Shown here in pieces: positions 1-13,737 of a stretch of 64,000 nt of DNA. Source of the DNA: Octopus vulgaris. Its lineage: Eukaryota. A model generated the notes under the pieces. That model was not told the origin of the DNA and ran no database searches. It saw only the letters and a list, made by a program, of their open reading frames with translations. The stretch is taken from contig OX597831.1 in the NCBI GenBank assembly GCA_951406725.2, forward strand, positions 64,604,001 to 64,668,000. Reading direction: 5' to 3'. How positions within the stretch are numbered: the stretch's first letter is position 1; every line of letters begins with the position of its first letter. Both the position numbers and the translations under genes were made by a program.

Positions 1-988
1 AGAGTTAAAAGATTATATTACTGGATTGTATATACAAGAGAAAGGAGTAGTGCCTTTGACATTATAAATCTCACAGGCTCTCCAAGACTGTTCAGATTGA
101 TACAGTTAATGTCTTGTTTGAACCACTAGAAATCTATGTCTTCTGCAAAAACATGAAGGGGAGAGGAAATCCATTGGCATCTCACTGCAAAGCAGGAGGA
201 ATGGACTTAATGATTAGTGTGGGGCCATGCAATGGGACAAAATGAGGAGAGAGGTTGGTGTATACATATTTTTGTTGTTTAGACCCAGTTCAGCTCTGAT
301 TAAACTGAGGCATGATCATAAACTTTCTCATCCTGTCTTTTTTGTTTGTCTGTGATCACATTGTCCTTGCCATTTCTTTTAATTCTTTTCTGCTCTAGGC
401 ACAAAGCCCAAAATTTTTAGGGAGGAGCCAGTTGATTAGATTGACCTCAGTACGCAACTGGTACTTAATTTATCGACCCCGAAATTTGGAATTTGAACTC
501 AGAATGTAAAGACAGATGATATACCTATTTCTTTACTACCCACAAAGGGCTAAACACAGAGGAGACAAACAAGGACAGACAGACGGATTAAGTTGATTAT
601 ATCGACCCCGGTGCGTAACTGGTGCTTAATTTATCGACCCTGAAAGGATGAAAGGCAAGGTTGACCTCAGCGGAATTTGAACTCAGAACGTAGCGGCAGA
701 CAAGATACCGCTAAACATTTCACCTGGCGTGCTAACATTTCTGCCAGTTCACTGCCTTTTCTTTTAATTGTGATTTGTAGAAGTGGTTACTATTTCTAGC
801 AATTCATGCAACCACATAATCTCTCTCATGGGTTGATGTATATTTAGTGTTAGTAGACATTGTTCTATGGGAATTGATAAAGGGTTTTTAAAAAAAATTT
901 TTTTTTTACTTGGAAATGGGTTTAGTGAGTGATGATCAGTTGAACATTTTTGTTGTTTGTAATGAAATCTGTTACTTCTATCTTTCAG

Positions 989-1169
989 CTGCCTTCTTTG
1001 TTTTAGTGTCTTTACTTGTCGTAGCTGTTGCTACTCTATCACTCGTTCATATACACACACGTATATTTGACACTATACTGCCTGAAAGCCACAGAGAATG
1101 TTATCTTCCTGGAGACAACAACGGGGACGAAGAAATATGTCAAAATACTGTTAGAGAATTCCAATACAG
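989..1169 (+). CDS. ZFYVE27: Protrudin exon (hydrophobic segment AAFFVLVSLLVVAVATLSLV...VREFQY)
   Basis: Acceptor tttcag|, donor |gtaaac, open frame, phase 1->2. Confidence 0.85.
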
Positions 1170-4100
1170 GTAAACTATTTTCATTGTTCATTAAATACAT
1201 CTATTCCATTGTGACATTGTTATAGAAGTCTCACAGTTGTGGCTGCACAACTTTGTATGATTCAGCAACAAAACACAGCCTCCTCTAATCTAGCAGCATC
1301 ATGGGATCTTTTCGGTTTGAACGGCAGTTTTTTCTAGCAGTGTCATATGAAATTGTCACCCATAATTATGACCCTACTAGTATCGATCTATTGCATTTCA
1401 ATCAGTTTTAGGGTTAGGGGTGGGGGAAGGGTATCTTTTTTCCTTCACAAATGTAAATAAACCCAATCTGTTTCTTAAACGAGGGACATATTCATACGGC
1501 ACAGAATGTTTTTTTTACCTCAATAGACGTCAGTGATTGGTTGAAATTGTAGAAATTGAAGAAAAAAACAACAAATATCTTACAAACTATAGAATTTTCT
1601 CAATAAAGCCAAGAGAAAAAGATGTTTTATAAACACATTCTACCAGTATATGAAGTTTAAAATTTTTTAGTTACCTAGAAATTGTGTTAAAAACTGCCAT
1701 TCAAACCGAAAAGATCCACATCATGGTAAATGACTGACTAAAATGATTATGTTATTGTATTCCAGAAAGGTGTTTACATTTATGGTGTGCGTGATATTTA
1801 CTGAAATTATATATCAGTCATGTTGGCTGTCATTAGTAAAACTGTTTGGGTGACAATGAATATTTGGGATTTTTGAGTCTTCATTAAAATCATTTTACTG
1901 CTAGCAAAGAGGTGTTATTTGTATGTGATGTGGTGCTAATGTGTGTATGGAGGGTTTGAAAATCAGTTGCCATATAAAATCTCTTAATTCTCCATTGTTG
2001 AGTAGGTAAGTTAGTTATAAAAACAGTTCATCCTCATCATATTGAAATGTGATGCAAAAACATAAGTCATCATCATTTAACGTCTGCTTTCCATGCTGGC
2101 ATGGGTTAGACGAATTTGACTGAGGACTGGCAAGCCAGGAAGCTGCACCAGGCTCCAATCTGATCTGGCAAGGTTTCTACAGCTTGTATGCCCCTCCTAA
2201 TGCCAACCACTCCGAGTGTGTAGTGGGTGCTTTTTATGTGCCACCGACAGGGGGGGTTGGTAGTCAGGCGGCACTGGCATCGACCATGCTTGAATGGTGC
2301 TTTTTATGTGTCATGAGCACAGGAGCCAGACAGGCAGTACTGGCACCAACCACACTTATATGGTACTTTTTACATGCCACCAGCTCGCAAGTTAGTCCGG
2401 CGGCACCAGCTTTGACCACGCTCAAATGGTGCTTTTTATGTGCCACTGGCATGGGTGCCAGTCAGGGGGTACTGGCATCGGCCACAACAACAGGTCTTCT
2501 CAAGCACAGCATATTGCCTGACGATTGAAGGGTACTCTTAAATGGGCCAGTTATGCAACACTGGCATAGATCATGGCTACAATCTTACTTGGCTTGTCAG
2601 GTCTTCCAAGTACAAGATATTTCCAAAGGTCTTGGTTGCTTGTTATTGCCTCTGTGAGGCCCAGCATTCAAAGGTCGTGCTTCACCAACTCCTCCCATGC
2701 TCTTCCTGGGTCTATCTCTTCCACAGGTTCCTTCCACTGTTAGGGTATGACACTTCTTCACACAGCTGTCTTCATTCATAAGTAACACATGACCATACCA
2801 GCGCAGTCGTCTCTCTTGCACACCACATCTGATGCTTCTTATGTCCATCTTATGTCTCAAGGCGCTTACACTCTGTCATGTATGCACACTGACATTATAC
2901 ATCAGGGCAGCATACTAGCTTCATTTTTTTCAAGCCTACACATATCCTCATCAGTCACAGCCCTTGTCTCACAGCCATGTAACGTGGCTGTTCACACACA
3001 TGCATCAAACAGTCTACTTTTCACTCTGAGCGAGAGGGCCTTTGTTACCAGTAGAGGTAGGAGCTCTCTGAACTTTGCCCATGCTATTCTTATTCTAGTA
3101 GCTACACTCTCAGAGTATCCACCTCCGCTACTGACTTGGTCACTTAGGTAATGGAAACTGTCAACTACTAGTTTTTCCCCTTGGCATGTGATAGAATCTG
3201 TTTTCTGCACATTTTCAGTGTTTATTGCCCGTGTGCATCTGCCACTCACAAAAACTATGCTGCTACACCTCTAATTTGTCCACAGCTTACACTGGGTACA
3301 TGTTTTGGAGTTTCTACCTATGCATTTTCTATAGATTGAGCAGGACCATCTACCTAAAGGGATTTGTGGTTTGTCTGCCTTCCTACTTATTAGGACTTAG
3401 GTTTTAGTTAGGTTGACTCTAAGGTCCTTTGATTCTAGACTTTGCTCCCACACCTGAAACATCTCCTCTAGTTCTGGTAGTGACTCAGCTATTAGAGCAA
3501 AGTCATCAGCATAGAGGAACTCCCAGGGTCAGCCTGTCTTGAATTTCTCTGTTGCTGCCTGGAGGACTATGATGAATAAGAGGGGACTGATCCTTGTTGG
3601 ACCCCTACTTCTACCTGGAATTCTTCACTATACTCGTTGCCAACCCTCACCTTACTGACAGCATCCCTGTACATGGCTTGTACAGTTCTCACTAACCATT
3701 TATCTATCCCTAGTTTCTGCATTGACCACCAGATATGGGATCAGGGGACCCTGTCAAAGGCTTTCTCCATGTCACCAAAAGCCAAGTACAGGGGTTTTTC
3801 TTTGGCTAGGAATTTCTCCTGCAGCTGTCTTACCAGAAATATAGGATCAGTGTTGTTTCTCCCTGGCACAAACCCAAACTGCATCTCGTCTAAACTAACT
3901 CTGGATATTCTTTCTTTCTCATTAAATTCCTCAAATGCCACTTTCTCTCAATTATTCAAAAGGGATCCTCATCTAACATCTGTTTTCCATGCTGGCATGG
4001 GTTGGACAGTTTTGATAGGATCCAGTGAGCTACAAGGCTACATCATACTCCAGTGTCAGCTTTAGCACAGTTTCTACTGCTGGATGCCCTTCCTAACACT

Positions 4101-5760
4101 AGCCACAATATAGTATGTACTGGGTGCTTTTTTGCATGCCACCAGCACTAGTGAGGTCACCTAGTAAGTTGCAAAGCATGAAAATAAAGGAGAAGTGGGG
4201 GAAAGACCCCATGACTAGGTAGGGCAGGGTGAGTATTAGGGAGGAGGTGGCTTTCTATCAAATGTTGGAAGGCTAAAGTATGAGAGATAAGCACAGGTGC
4301 CATGCTAAACCTTACAAAGGAGGTGAGAGAGGACCAAGATATGTGGCGCATTGTTGTACTCGAGAAGACCTACCCACCACAACAGAATTGAGATTTTAAA
4401 ACTGAAGTGCCACATTAAAAGTATTGGTGTAAATGCTGGTGCTGGTGCCACATAAAATGCACTGGTGCTGGTGCCACATAGACAGCACAGGTGCTGGTGC
4501 CACCTAAAAAGCACCCAGTACACTGTAAAGTGGTTGGTGTTAGGAAAGGCATCCAGCTGTAAAAACCAAACCAAACAGACAATGGAACTTGGTGTGGCCC
4601 CTGGCTTTGTCAGTTTCTTTTAAGTCATCCAACCCATGCCGGATCTTTTCGGTTTGAACGGCAGTTTTTTAAAATAATTTCCACGTAACTAAAAAAATTT
4701 TAAACTTCGTATACTGGTAGAATATGTTTATAAAACATCTTTTTCTCTTGGCTTTATTGAAAAAATTCTATATAGTTTGTAAGATATTTGTTGTTTTTCT
4801 TTCTTCAATTTCTGCAATTTCAACCAATCACTGACGTCTATTGATGTAAAAAAACATTCTGTGCCGTATGAATATATCCCTCGTTTAAGAAACAGATTGG
4901 GTTTATTTACATTTGTGAAGGAAAAAAGATACCCTTCCCCCACCCCTAACCCTAATTAACCCTAAAACTGATTGAAAGATCCCCTATGCCAACATAGAGA
5001 ACAGATGTTAAATGATGATGATGGAAACACTTCTATGAGCAATGTTTTCTGTTAGGTTAATTTTTATACACACACACACACACACACACTGTTAATACAT
5101 TAAGTAAACATTTCTTCAAATCTCCATTGGAAACTACAGAATGTATTTTTTCTAACAACTTTATTTTTAGCTTGATACAGGTCAATGATTTCCTGATCCG
5201 CTGCAATGAGTACCTCGACAGTTTTTACACAATTCTAAAATGGGAAGAAATTGGTCCCTCGCTCAGGTAAGTCTTCCATGAATAGTCGTTTAACAACATT
5301 AACAGTTACGTTATACACATCATGCTATATTACAATCTACACAATATATGGACATCAGATGACACGGACGTGCTCTACACACCCATGAAACTTTAAGTAA
5401 TGTGGAGCTTTAGTTGATTGAAGCCAGTCTAGCTATGACCAACCTGTCCTTCTTTTTCAAACATATTTTGTCTTGGATCACATTATCCAAGTTGTTCTTT
5501 CTTCTTCTTCCTCTTCTTCTTTCTCTTCTACTTCCTCTTCTTCTTCCTCTTCTTCCTCCTCTTCTTCTTCCTCTTCTTCTTCTTCCTCTTCTTCTACTTC
5601 CTCTTCTTCTTCCTCTTCTACTTCCTCTTCTTCTTCCTCTTCTTCTTCCTCTTCTTCTTCTTCTTCCTCTTCCTCTTCTTCTTCCTCTTCTTCTTCCTCT
5701 TCTTCTTCCTCTTCTTCTTCCTCTTCTTCTTCTTCCTCTTCTTCTTCCTCTTCTTCTTCC

Positions 5761-5801
<41 letters not shown>

Positions 5802-8800
5802 TTCTTCCTCTTCTTCTTCTTCCTCTTCTTTTGATAGTGTCATGTGTGATTTGAGGAAAATTTGGCTGCTATTTATAGCTGGTCATGTGACTATGTAAAG
5901 ACTCATTAGCTTATTAAAACATATGTCAAGCCATATTGTAACAGTGTGATGTAAAGGAAGTGTAACAAGATGAGAGTTCAGGAACGCTTGAGGGGTGTCT
6001 GGTCTTATCTTGTCACATTCATTAGTCGAAGAAAAGGAACCAAAATCCAGCTGTCTTCAATAACAATAAATGGTAGTTTATTCTTCGGGTTCACAGGTAA
6101 AATATATACATATATATTTCTTAAGGGCGAACCGGCAGCCAAGTCCACAGGACTGTTTACAAATGTTCACTCGGGTGAGCCAAGAAGATATGGTGTTCGT
6201 TCCCGCTTCGAAGAGAGACCTTCTCTGTGAGTAGGGTTTTCCCTGAGAGAAGTCTTAGCCATGTCCGCTCGTTAGCACTGCTCTTCCAAAAAAGGTCGAT
6301 TTTAACGGGGGACGCTTTCAGGTTGCAGTTCCTGTGCATTCACATGAGGGAACTTCCGGCAGCCTACCGGAAGAAATCCAATTCTGCGCATACGCGCTGA
6401 AACTTCCACAGTTGCGTCACTACAGAAGAAAAAAATGGAAGCGAAGAGAGAATTGCAGTTGTCTTGCTCTGTCTCGATCAGCAAGGTTTACTCATTGTCC
6501 ACATGCGCTATCCATCACTGTACAATCTAATATGTCTCCTCTGATGCACTGTTCACCACCGACTGACCCCTCACACTTTACTGACCTCACATGCCCACTT
6601 CCGACAGGACATGCCTCCTCCCTCACTTCTGATCCTTCCCTACAACACAGCTTGGCTCTTAACACCACAAACAGTATACACATTTTTTTCGTTATATATG
6701 CACTATTGTAACAATGTGTACATACTATATAATACACCATGCAGTGGCATAATACACTTAATTCAGATTATACACACTATACTGCAACATTATACACAAT
6801 GTGCTGGAATTTTATGCTAGCTCTATTGTAATATTATACACACTGTACTATATAACATTATATACTCTGTACTATATAACATTATACACTCTGTTCTGTA
6901 TAACATTATACACTCTGTTCTATATAACATTATACACTCTGCTCTATATAACATTATACACTCTGTTCTATATAACATTATACACTCTGTTCTATATAAC
7001 ATTATACACTCTGTTCTATATAACATTATACACTCTGTTCTATATAACATTATACACTCTGTTCTATATAACATTATGCACTCTGTTCTATATAACATTA
7101 TACACTCTGTTCTATATAACATTATACACTGTTCTATATAACATTATACACTCTGTTCTATATAACATTACACATTCTGTTCTATATAACATTACACACT
7201 CTGTTCTATATAACATTATACACTCTGTTCTATATAACATTATACACTCTGTTCTATATAACATTATACATTTCCTTATAACATTATACGTTCTATATAA
7301 CATTATACACTCTGTTCTATATAACATTAACACTATATACACTCTGTTCTATATAACATTACACATTCTGTTCTATATAACATTACACACTCTGTTCTAT
7401 ATAACATTATACACTCTGTTCTATATAACATTATACACTCTGTTCTATATAACATTATACACTCTGTTCTATATAACATTATACACTCTGTTCTATATAA
7501 CATTATACACTCTGTTCTATATAACATAACATTATACACTCTGTTCTATATAACATTATACACTCTGTTCTATATAACATTATACACTCTGTTCTATATA
7601 ACATTATACACTCTGTTCTATATAACATTATACACTCTGTTCTATATAACATTACACACTCTGTTCTATATAACATTACGCACTCTGTTCTATATAACAT
7701 TACGCACTCTGTTCTATATAACATTACACACTCTGTTCTATATAACATTATACACTCTGTTCTATATAACATTATACACTCTGTTCTATATAACATTATA
7801 CACTCTGTTCTATATAACATTATGCACTCTGTTCTATATAACATTATACATTCTGTTCTATATAACATTATACACTCTGTTCTATATAACATTATACACT
7901 CTGTTCTATATAACATTATGCACTCTGTTCTATATAACATTATACATTCTGTTCTATATAACATTATACACTCTGTTCTATATAACATTATACACTCTGT
8001 TCTATATAACATTATGCACTCTGTTCTATATAACATTACACACTCTGTTCTATATAACATTATACATTCTGTTCTATATAACATTATACACTCTGTTCTA
8101 TATAACATTATACACTCTGTTCTGTATAACATATTCATACGGCACAGAATGCTTTCACCTCAATAGACGTCAGTGATTGGTTGAAGTCGCAGAAATTGAA
8201 GAAAAAAACAAATATCTTACAAACTATAGAATTTTCTCAATAAAGCCAAGAGAAAAAGATGTTTTATAAACACATTCTACCAGTATACGAAGTTTAAAAG
8301 TGTTTAGTTATGTGGAAATTATGTTAAAAAACTGCCGTTCAAACCGAAAAGATCCAGCAATTTATTTTCTCGTTCTCCCACCCAACTCTCTAAACCAGTG
8401 ACCCCTGTATGGCAATATCTCTTCAATCCTGCTACCTAAACTGCTGTGGTGCTATATATTCATTCTCACACACACCTCTCTAAAACAACAACCACTCTTG
8501 CACTATATATTTATCACAACTGACAGCTCTCTGAACCAGTAACTCCTGCATGGCTGATCCTAGGTGACATTTTCTACACTAATTAGCTGCTGTTTAAAGT
8601 TACACTGATTAACCAGATTTTTTTTTTATCAAAGCTGTTCCTGCCATGACCATCCCATTCCTTTTTCAGGCATTTGTACTTTAGACTTACATTAATGAAT
8701 ATGTCCTTCCTTTCAAGTCAGTAACGTCTGGTTTGGGGAAAATCTGTCTTGTACACAGATTTTAACAAAGTAAATCAAAAGTGTTGATAAAATTATCTCA

Positions 8801-11800
8801 TTAAGTTTATCTTGCATTAACCCACAATTTTTGTTTTCCATTATGTCATAAGTTCAAATCCCACTTAATCACAGAACTCCAATTACTTCCCAGTTTATAT
8901 TTGTGAATAATAGCTACCCTCTCTAATTTTTGGCTCAGCTGGTTACTCATGAAGAGATCCTATACATGAAAAATATCTTCCACAATCCAATGTTGAAATA
9001 TAATGTCTAAAATTTAAGGACCTACGTATGAGAGTCAGGAAAAAGAATTACTTTTCAATGTCTGTTTTCCAGTTAATATTCAGAGATAATTTCTTGTATG
9101 CTTTTTTTTATTTCTGTTCTGAACCCATGCTATCATTAATATCTTTGATTATGTCTTCCTTGCTTTTCTCTTACAGATTCCACATAGAAATCTGTTCCTT
9201 TTTGATCTTCCTCACCATGTTTCCAGCTCGCTGGAATTTTATCCTTTTCTTCAATTGGTTTTTCTTAGGTCATGAAGAAATGTTAAAATGTAAGTTAGAT
9301 TCTCTTTATTTTTGCATTTACCTTTGTAAGCACCAATATCCATCTCATTCTTAAAGTAATGAATCAATATTTACCTTGCGGTCATAGTTTTTTTTTTTCT
9401 ATCTCTAATATCCCTACTGAATTATCTATTTCTTCAGCTGTTCTGAAGAATATCTCTATATCATCAGCATTCCAAACCAAACTGCATGCGTCTATGTTAA
9501 TTAATGAGTCTCTGTACAACTCTATACATGATTATCAATTATAGAGTCATCTGCAACCTCAGAGATAAGAGGGCCATATGGATCAGCTATTGGACTACGT
9601 TTAGTGTGTGTCTGAACAAAACATTTTAATCCACATTGCCTCAGTGTTGAAAATAGGCAGCAGGAACTGTTAGCTATATTAGATTGATATCCTATCTAGG
9701 AAAAGGTTTATTTTCATCTTTACCATTCTATGAGACTAAGTACTGGCTCTTGAATGTTACTCTCCACTCTAGATATATTAGTTTTAATCTGATCATGTCT
9801 CTTCCTGTAGGTAAAGTTTAGTCTAATTTGCTAGCTAATTAGACCAAACTAATTAGCCTATGCTATAAAAGCTATTTCATCATATTTCAAATAATTCCTA
9901 TAAAGTTTATACTATCTTATTGGTATTTGTGGTTTCAGATATTTCTAAAAAATCTCAATTTTTTATGGCAAAATGGAAAGATGAAAATGAATTAGAAGTT
10001 GAAAATCCCTCAAGTGATCCAAAAGTACCAGAAATGGATTCTAATGGTCAAACTGAACAGGTGAGAAACTTAATCACTAATTGCAGACACCATACCATGT
10101 AATTGGCATGTAAAAAGTACCCCTTGGATGTTGGACGATATTTTGTGCTTGAGAAGACCTGTCAAGCCATGTGAAATGATAGTCGGGGCCAGTGCCAGTG
10201 CTGTGTGACTGGCACCCATGCCAGTGGCACATAAAAAGCACCATTCGAATGTTGGGCCTCACAGAGGCAGTGACAAGTGACTGAGACCTTTGGCGAAATA
10301 CCATGCTTAAGAAGACCTATCAAGCCAAGTGAGATCATAGTTGTGGCCAATGCCCATGTCACATAACTGGCACATAAAAAGCACCCTAGGAGTGGTTGGC
10401 ATTAGGAAGGGCATCCAGCCGTAGAAACCATACTAAATCAGATTGGAACTTGATGCAGCTCCCCACCTTACTAATTCTCAGTCAAACCGTCCAATCCATA
10501 CCAGCATGGAAAAACGGATGTTAAATGATGATGATGATACAGATAAATTACTTCCTAATTTACCCACAGTTCATGTGTTAAGAATAAATCAGCCTCCATG
10601 ATTTTTTAATAACCATGTTGATTCTACTTGGTCCCAAGACTATATTGTCTCTTACCATTCTGTTGTACTTGTAAAACGATGATGGAGATTCTAGTGTAAA
10701 AGCCAGAATTTGAATTGACAAGTGGTATGTACCGAGTGTGAAAGGTTTCTATGCCAGAGAAAAACCTTTGTGAATCGAGAGAATATCTGTCATTATTGAA
10801 CCCCGTTGATAAAATGGCACAAAATTAAAATGGGGCGGTGATCTACTATTCTGAAAACTGATCCAACCCAAGTTAACAAGGAAACACTGTTGCTAAAACA
10901 TTGCCATCAAGGAGAGAGAATATTAGTTTCAATTTTGGGCACAAGGCTAGCAATTTCAGGGGAGGGATTAAGTAGATTACATCAACCCCAGTGTTCAACT
11001 GGTACTATTTTATTGACCCCAAAAGGATGAAAGGCAAAGTTGACTTTTGCAGGATTTGAACTCAAAATGTATAGAGGATGAAATCACACTATGCATTTTG
11101 CCCAGTGTGGTAACAATTGGGCCAGCTAGCACTGAAAATAGTTTCTTTACCCACTGTATGATAAATTGCATCATCATCATTGTTTTACATCCACTTTTCC
11201 ATTCTTGCATGAGTCATATAGAAAATTCATTGGGGCACATTTTATATGGCTGGATATAACAGCCATCTCCTGTTTCCAAGCAAGATAATATTTCCCAAGG
11301 CTGGACATGATTTCACAGAAGACTGGAAACAAGGGACACCAATTGTGTGATTGTGACATTTGTATATAAAATATCATGTGATGTCAAGGACAAGGAGATG
11401 GAAACAGTCATACACAGACATCCACATATATTTATACACAAGCTTTTAGTTTCCACCTACTAAATCCATGCACAAGGCTTCAGTCAGCTCAGAACTATAG
11501 TAGAAAACTTACCCAAGGTGTTACACAGTGGGACTGAATCTGAACCCACGTGGTTGAAAATAAAACACTAAATATATATTGGCTTCAAATTTTGGCACAA
11601 GGCCAGCAATTTCGAGGAGGGGTTAAGTTGACTACATCAACCCCAGTGCTCAACTAGTTGTCATTTTATTGACCCCAAAAGGATGAAAGACAAAGTTAGC
11701 TTCAATGGAATTTTAATGCCGAACGCAAAGATGGACAAAATGCTGCTAAGTATTTTTCCCAGCGTCCTAAAGATTCTGTCAGCTCACTGTCCTACTAAGA

Positions 11801-13435
11801 ATAAATATTAATTTAATTATTCAACCACTGAGCCATGCACCTTCCTCTTTGGGTTAGGGTTCTCTTATTCACATTCCTTTAACTTGAAAGTGTGTCTTGA
11901 TACGTCTTTACCATCTTTCTTTTCCACCTGGCATAACCATACAAGGGGGGTACCCAAAAGAAACTGGAATTTTGCAATATTATTTTATTCACTTGGTTTA
12001 AAATATTCTTCATCTGAAGCAATGCATCGGTACAGGTGCGTTTCCCACCATCTGAAGCAGCGCTAGAACTCTTGCGAAGTGATGCCTTTTAACACTTCTG
12101 TCCTTTTTTTTCCTTTACCTTTTCCACATCTGCATATTCCGTAGCAGTAGCTTTCATCACTAGTGATGACTTTTGGAAAAAGGTTCGGATCAACTTCCAA
12201 CAGTTCTTTCAGTTCAGGACATGCATTCAGTTGTAACTGCTTTTGATCTTCCATGAACAAGTGACACGCGATTTTGCTGCAACTCTTTTCATTCGCAACT
12301 CCTCACTCAAAGTTCATTGGCAGAAGCTCCAGGGCACACCAGTTTTATCAACAAGTTTGTCAATTGTTTGGTGATGGTCCTCCAAGATCAGTTCATGAAT
12401 TTTCATGATCTTTTCATTTCGGTCACTCCGAAAAGCTCTATCTACGATAATTTCATCTCAATCGAAGGAGAGGGGCTTTCTCCGTCTGGGTTGCGGATCC
12501 GTGGAGTAAGCTGCCGGACGAGATAGTGAAGATGCCGACAACAGCTTGGTTCAAAGTCTCTCTTGACCAGAAATGGCCTGAACTCTTTGTATGACCACCC
12601 TCCCTGTCCCCCTACATGGCCTTGCTTTTGCTTTTTGAGCCAATAAAAATTGAATTGAATTGAATTGAATTTGGGAGATCAACAGTTGTCCTGAATGAGG
12701 TTGGTCTTCAAGGAACAAGTGACCATTCCTAAAGTGTGAAAACCACTCATAAACTTGTGTTTTGCTCATGGCAGCATCCTTATAAGCTGTTTGAGGTATG
12801 ACAACTGTTTTGGTCGCTGTTTTCCCCAACAGAATTTCATGGAAGTATGCTGTCCCTTCGTTTCAGCCATTGCAAAATTCAGTGAACAGAGGAGAAGCGC
12901 TGCAAAACAAAGGCACACTGCATGGCAGTACGACATCACCTAATGACATCAGTCAGCAGACTGATGCCTGAGGGTTGCATCAAGTGGCTCCTAGCAGCGA
13001 AAGACTGAACTACAACGGGCTTTTCCCCACAGAGAATGTTTCCGGTTAACGTTAGGGTACCCCCTTGTATATCACCCTATGACAAGATACCCATTCCTGT
13101 CTCTCTATCATACTTTAACCTCTCATCATCTGGCATAAAGCCACTTTGCTCAGTGCCCCTCCTCACTTGGTGGGGTTTTGTGTTGCAGCTTACTTGGTGA
13201 CCTCACTAGTGCTGGTGCCATGCAAAAAGCACCCAGAACACTCTGGGTTGGCATTAAGAGGGGTATCTACCTGTAGAAACCATGCCAAAGCAGGTATTGG
13301 AATTTGGTGTAGTTCTCTTACTCACTGGTTCTTGTCAGACCATCCAATCCATTCTAGTATGAAAAGCAAACATTAAATGGTGATGATGATGATGTATACT
13401 ATTTTATTAAAACTGAAGAAACTTTGAAAGCTGTT

Positions 13436-13487
<52 letters not shown>

Positions 13488-13668
13488 ATAAGATGTATAA
13501 AAACATGTCAACATACAAATAAATATCTATAAATATAAAAATATAAAACCATCTGAATTTCTGAGTACCTAATTTCTAATATAAAATACATGTACATCAT
13601 CTCCAAACCTTCTAATATATATCATCATCATCATCATCGTTTAATGTCCGTTCTCCATGCTAGCATGG

Positions 13669-13737
<69 letters not shown>

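Noticed and set aside
1405-1425. Telomeric TTAGGG repeats
   Set aside because: Only about two units, and internal to the MITE family (seen in several copies).
5414-5898. Poly-Leu, poly-Ser and poly-Glu ORFs
   Set aside because: Translations of an intronic CTT/CCT microsatellite; no splice or homology support.
6120-6257. U3 snoRNA-like start on - (AAGACT..TCAGGGA..AGAGAAG), or RNase P/MRP/telomerase RNA
   Set aside because: U3 box A (GGATCATTTC) and boxes C/D are missing; there is no convincing P4 pairing and no CTAACCCT template.
6801-8166. Long ORFs with MLYRTECI or TLFYITLY repeats
   Set aside because: Artefacts of a stop-free 24-bp minisatellite.
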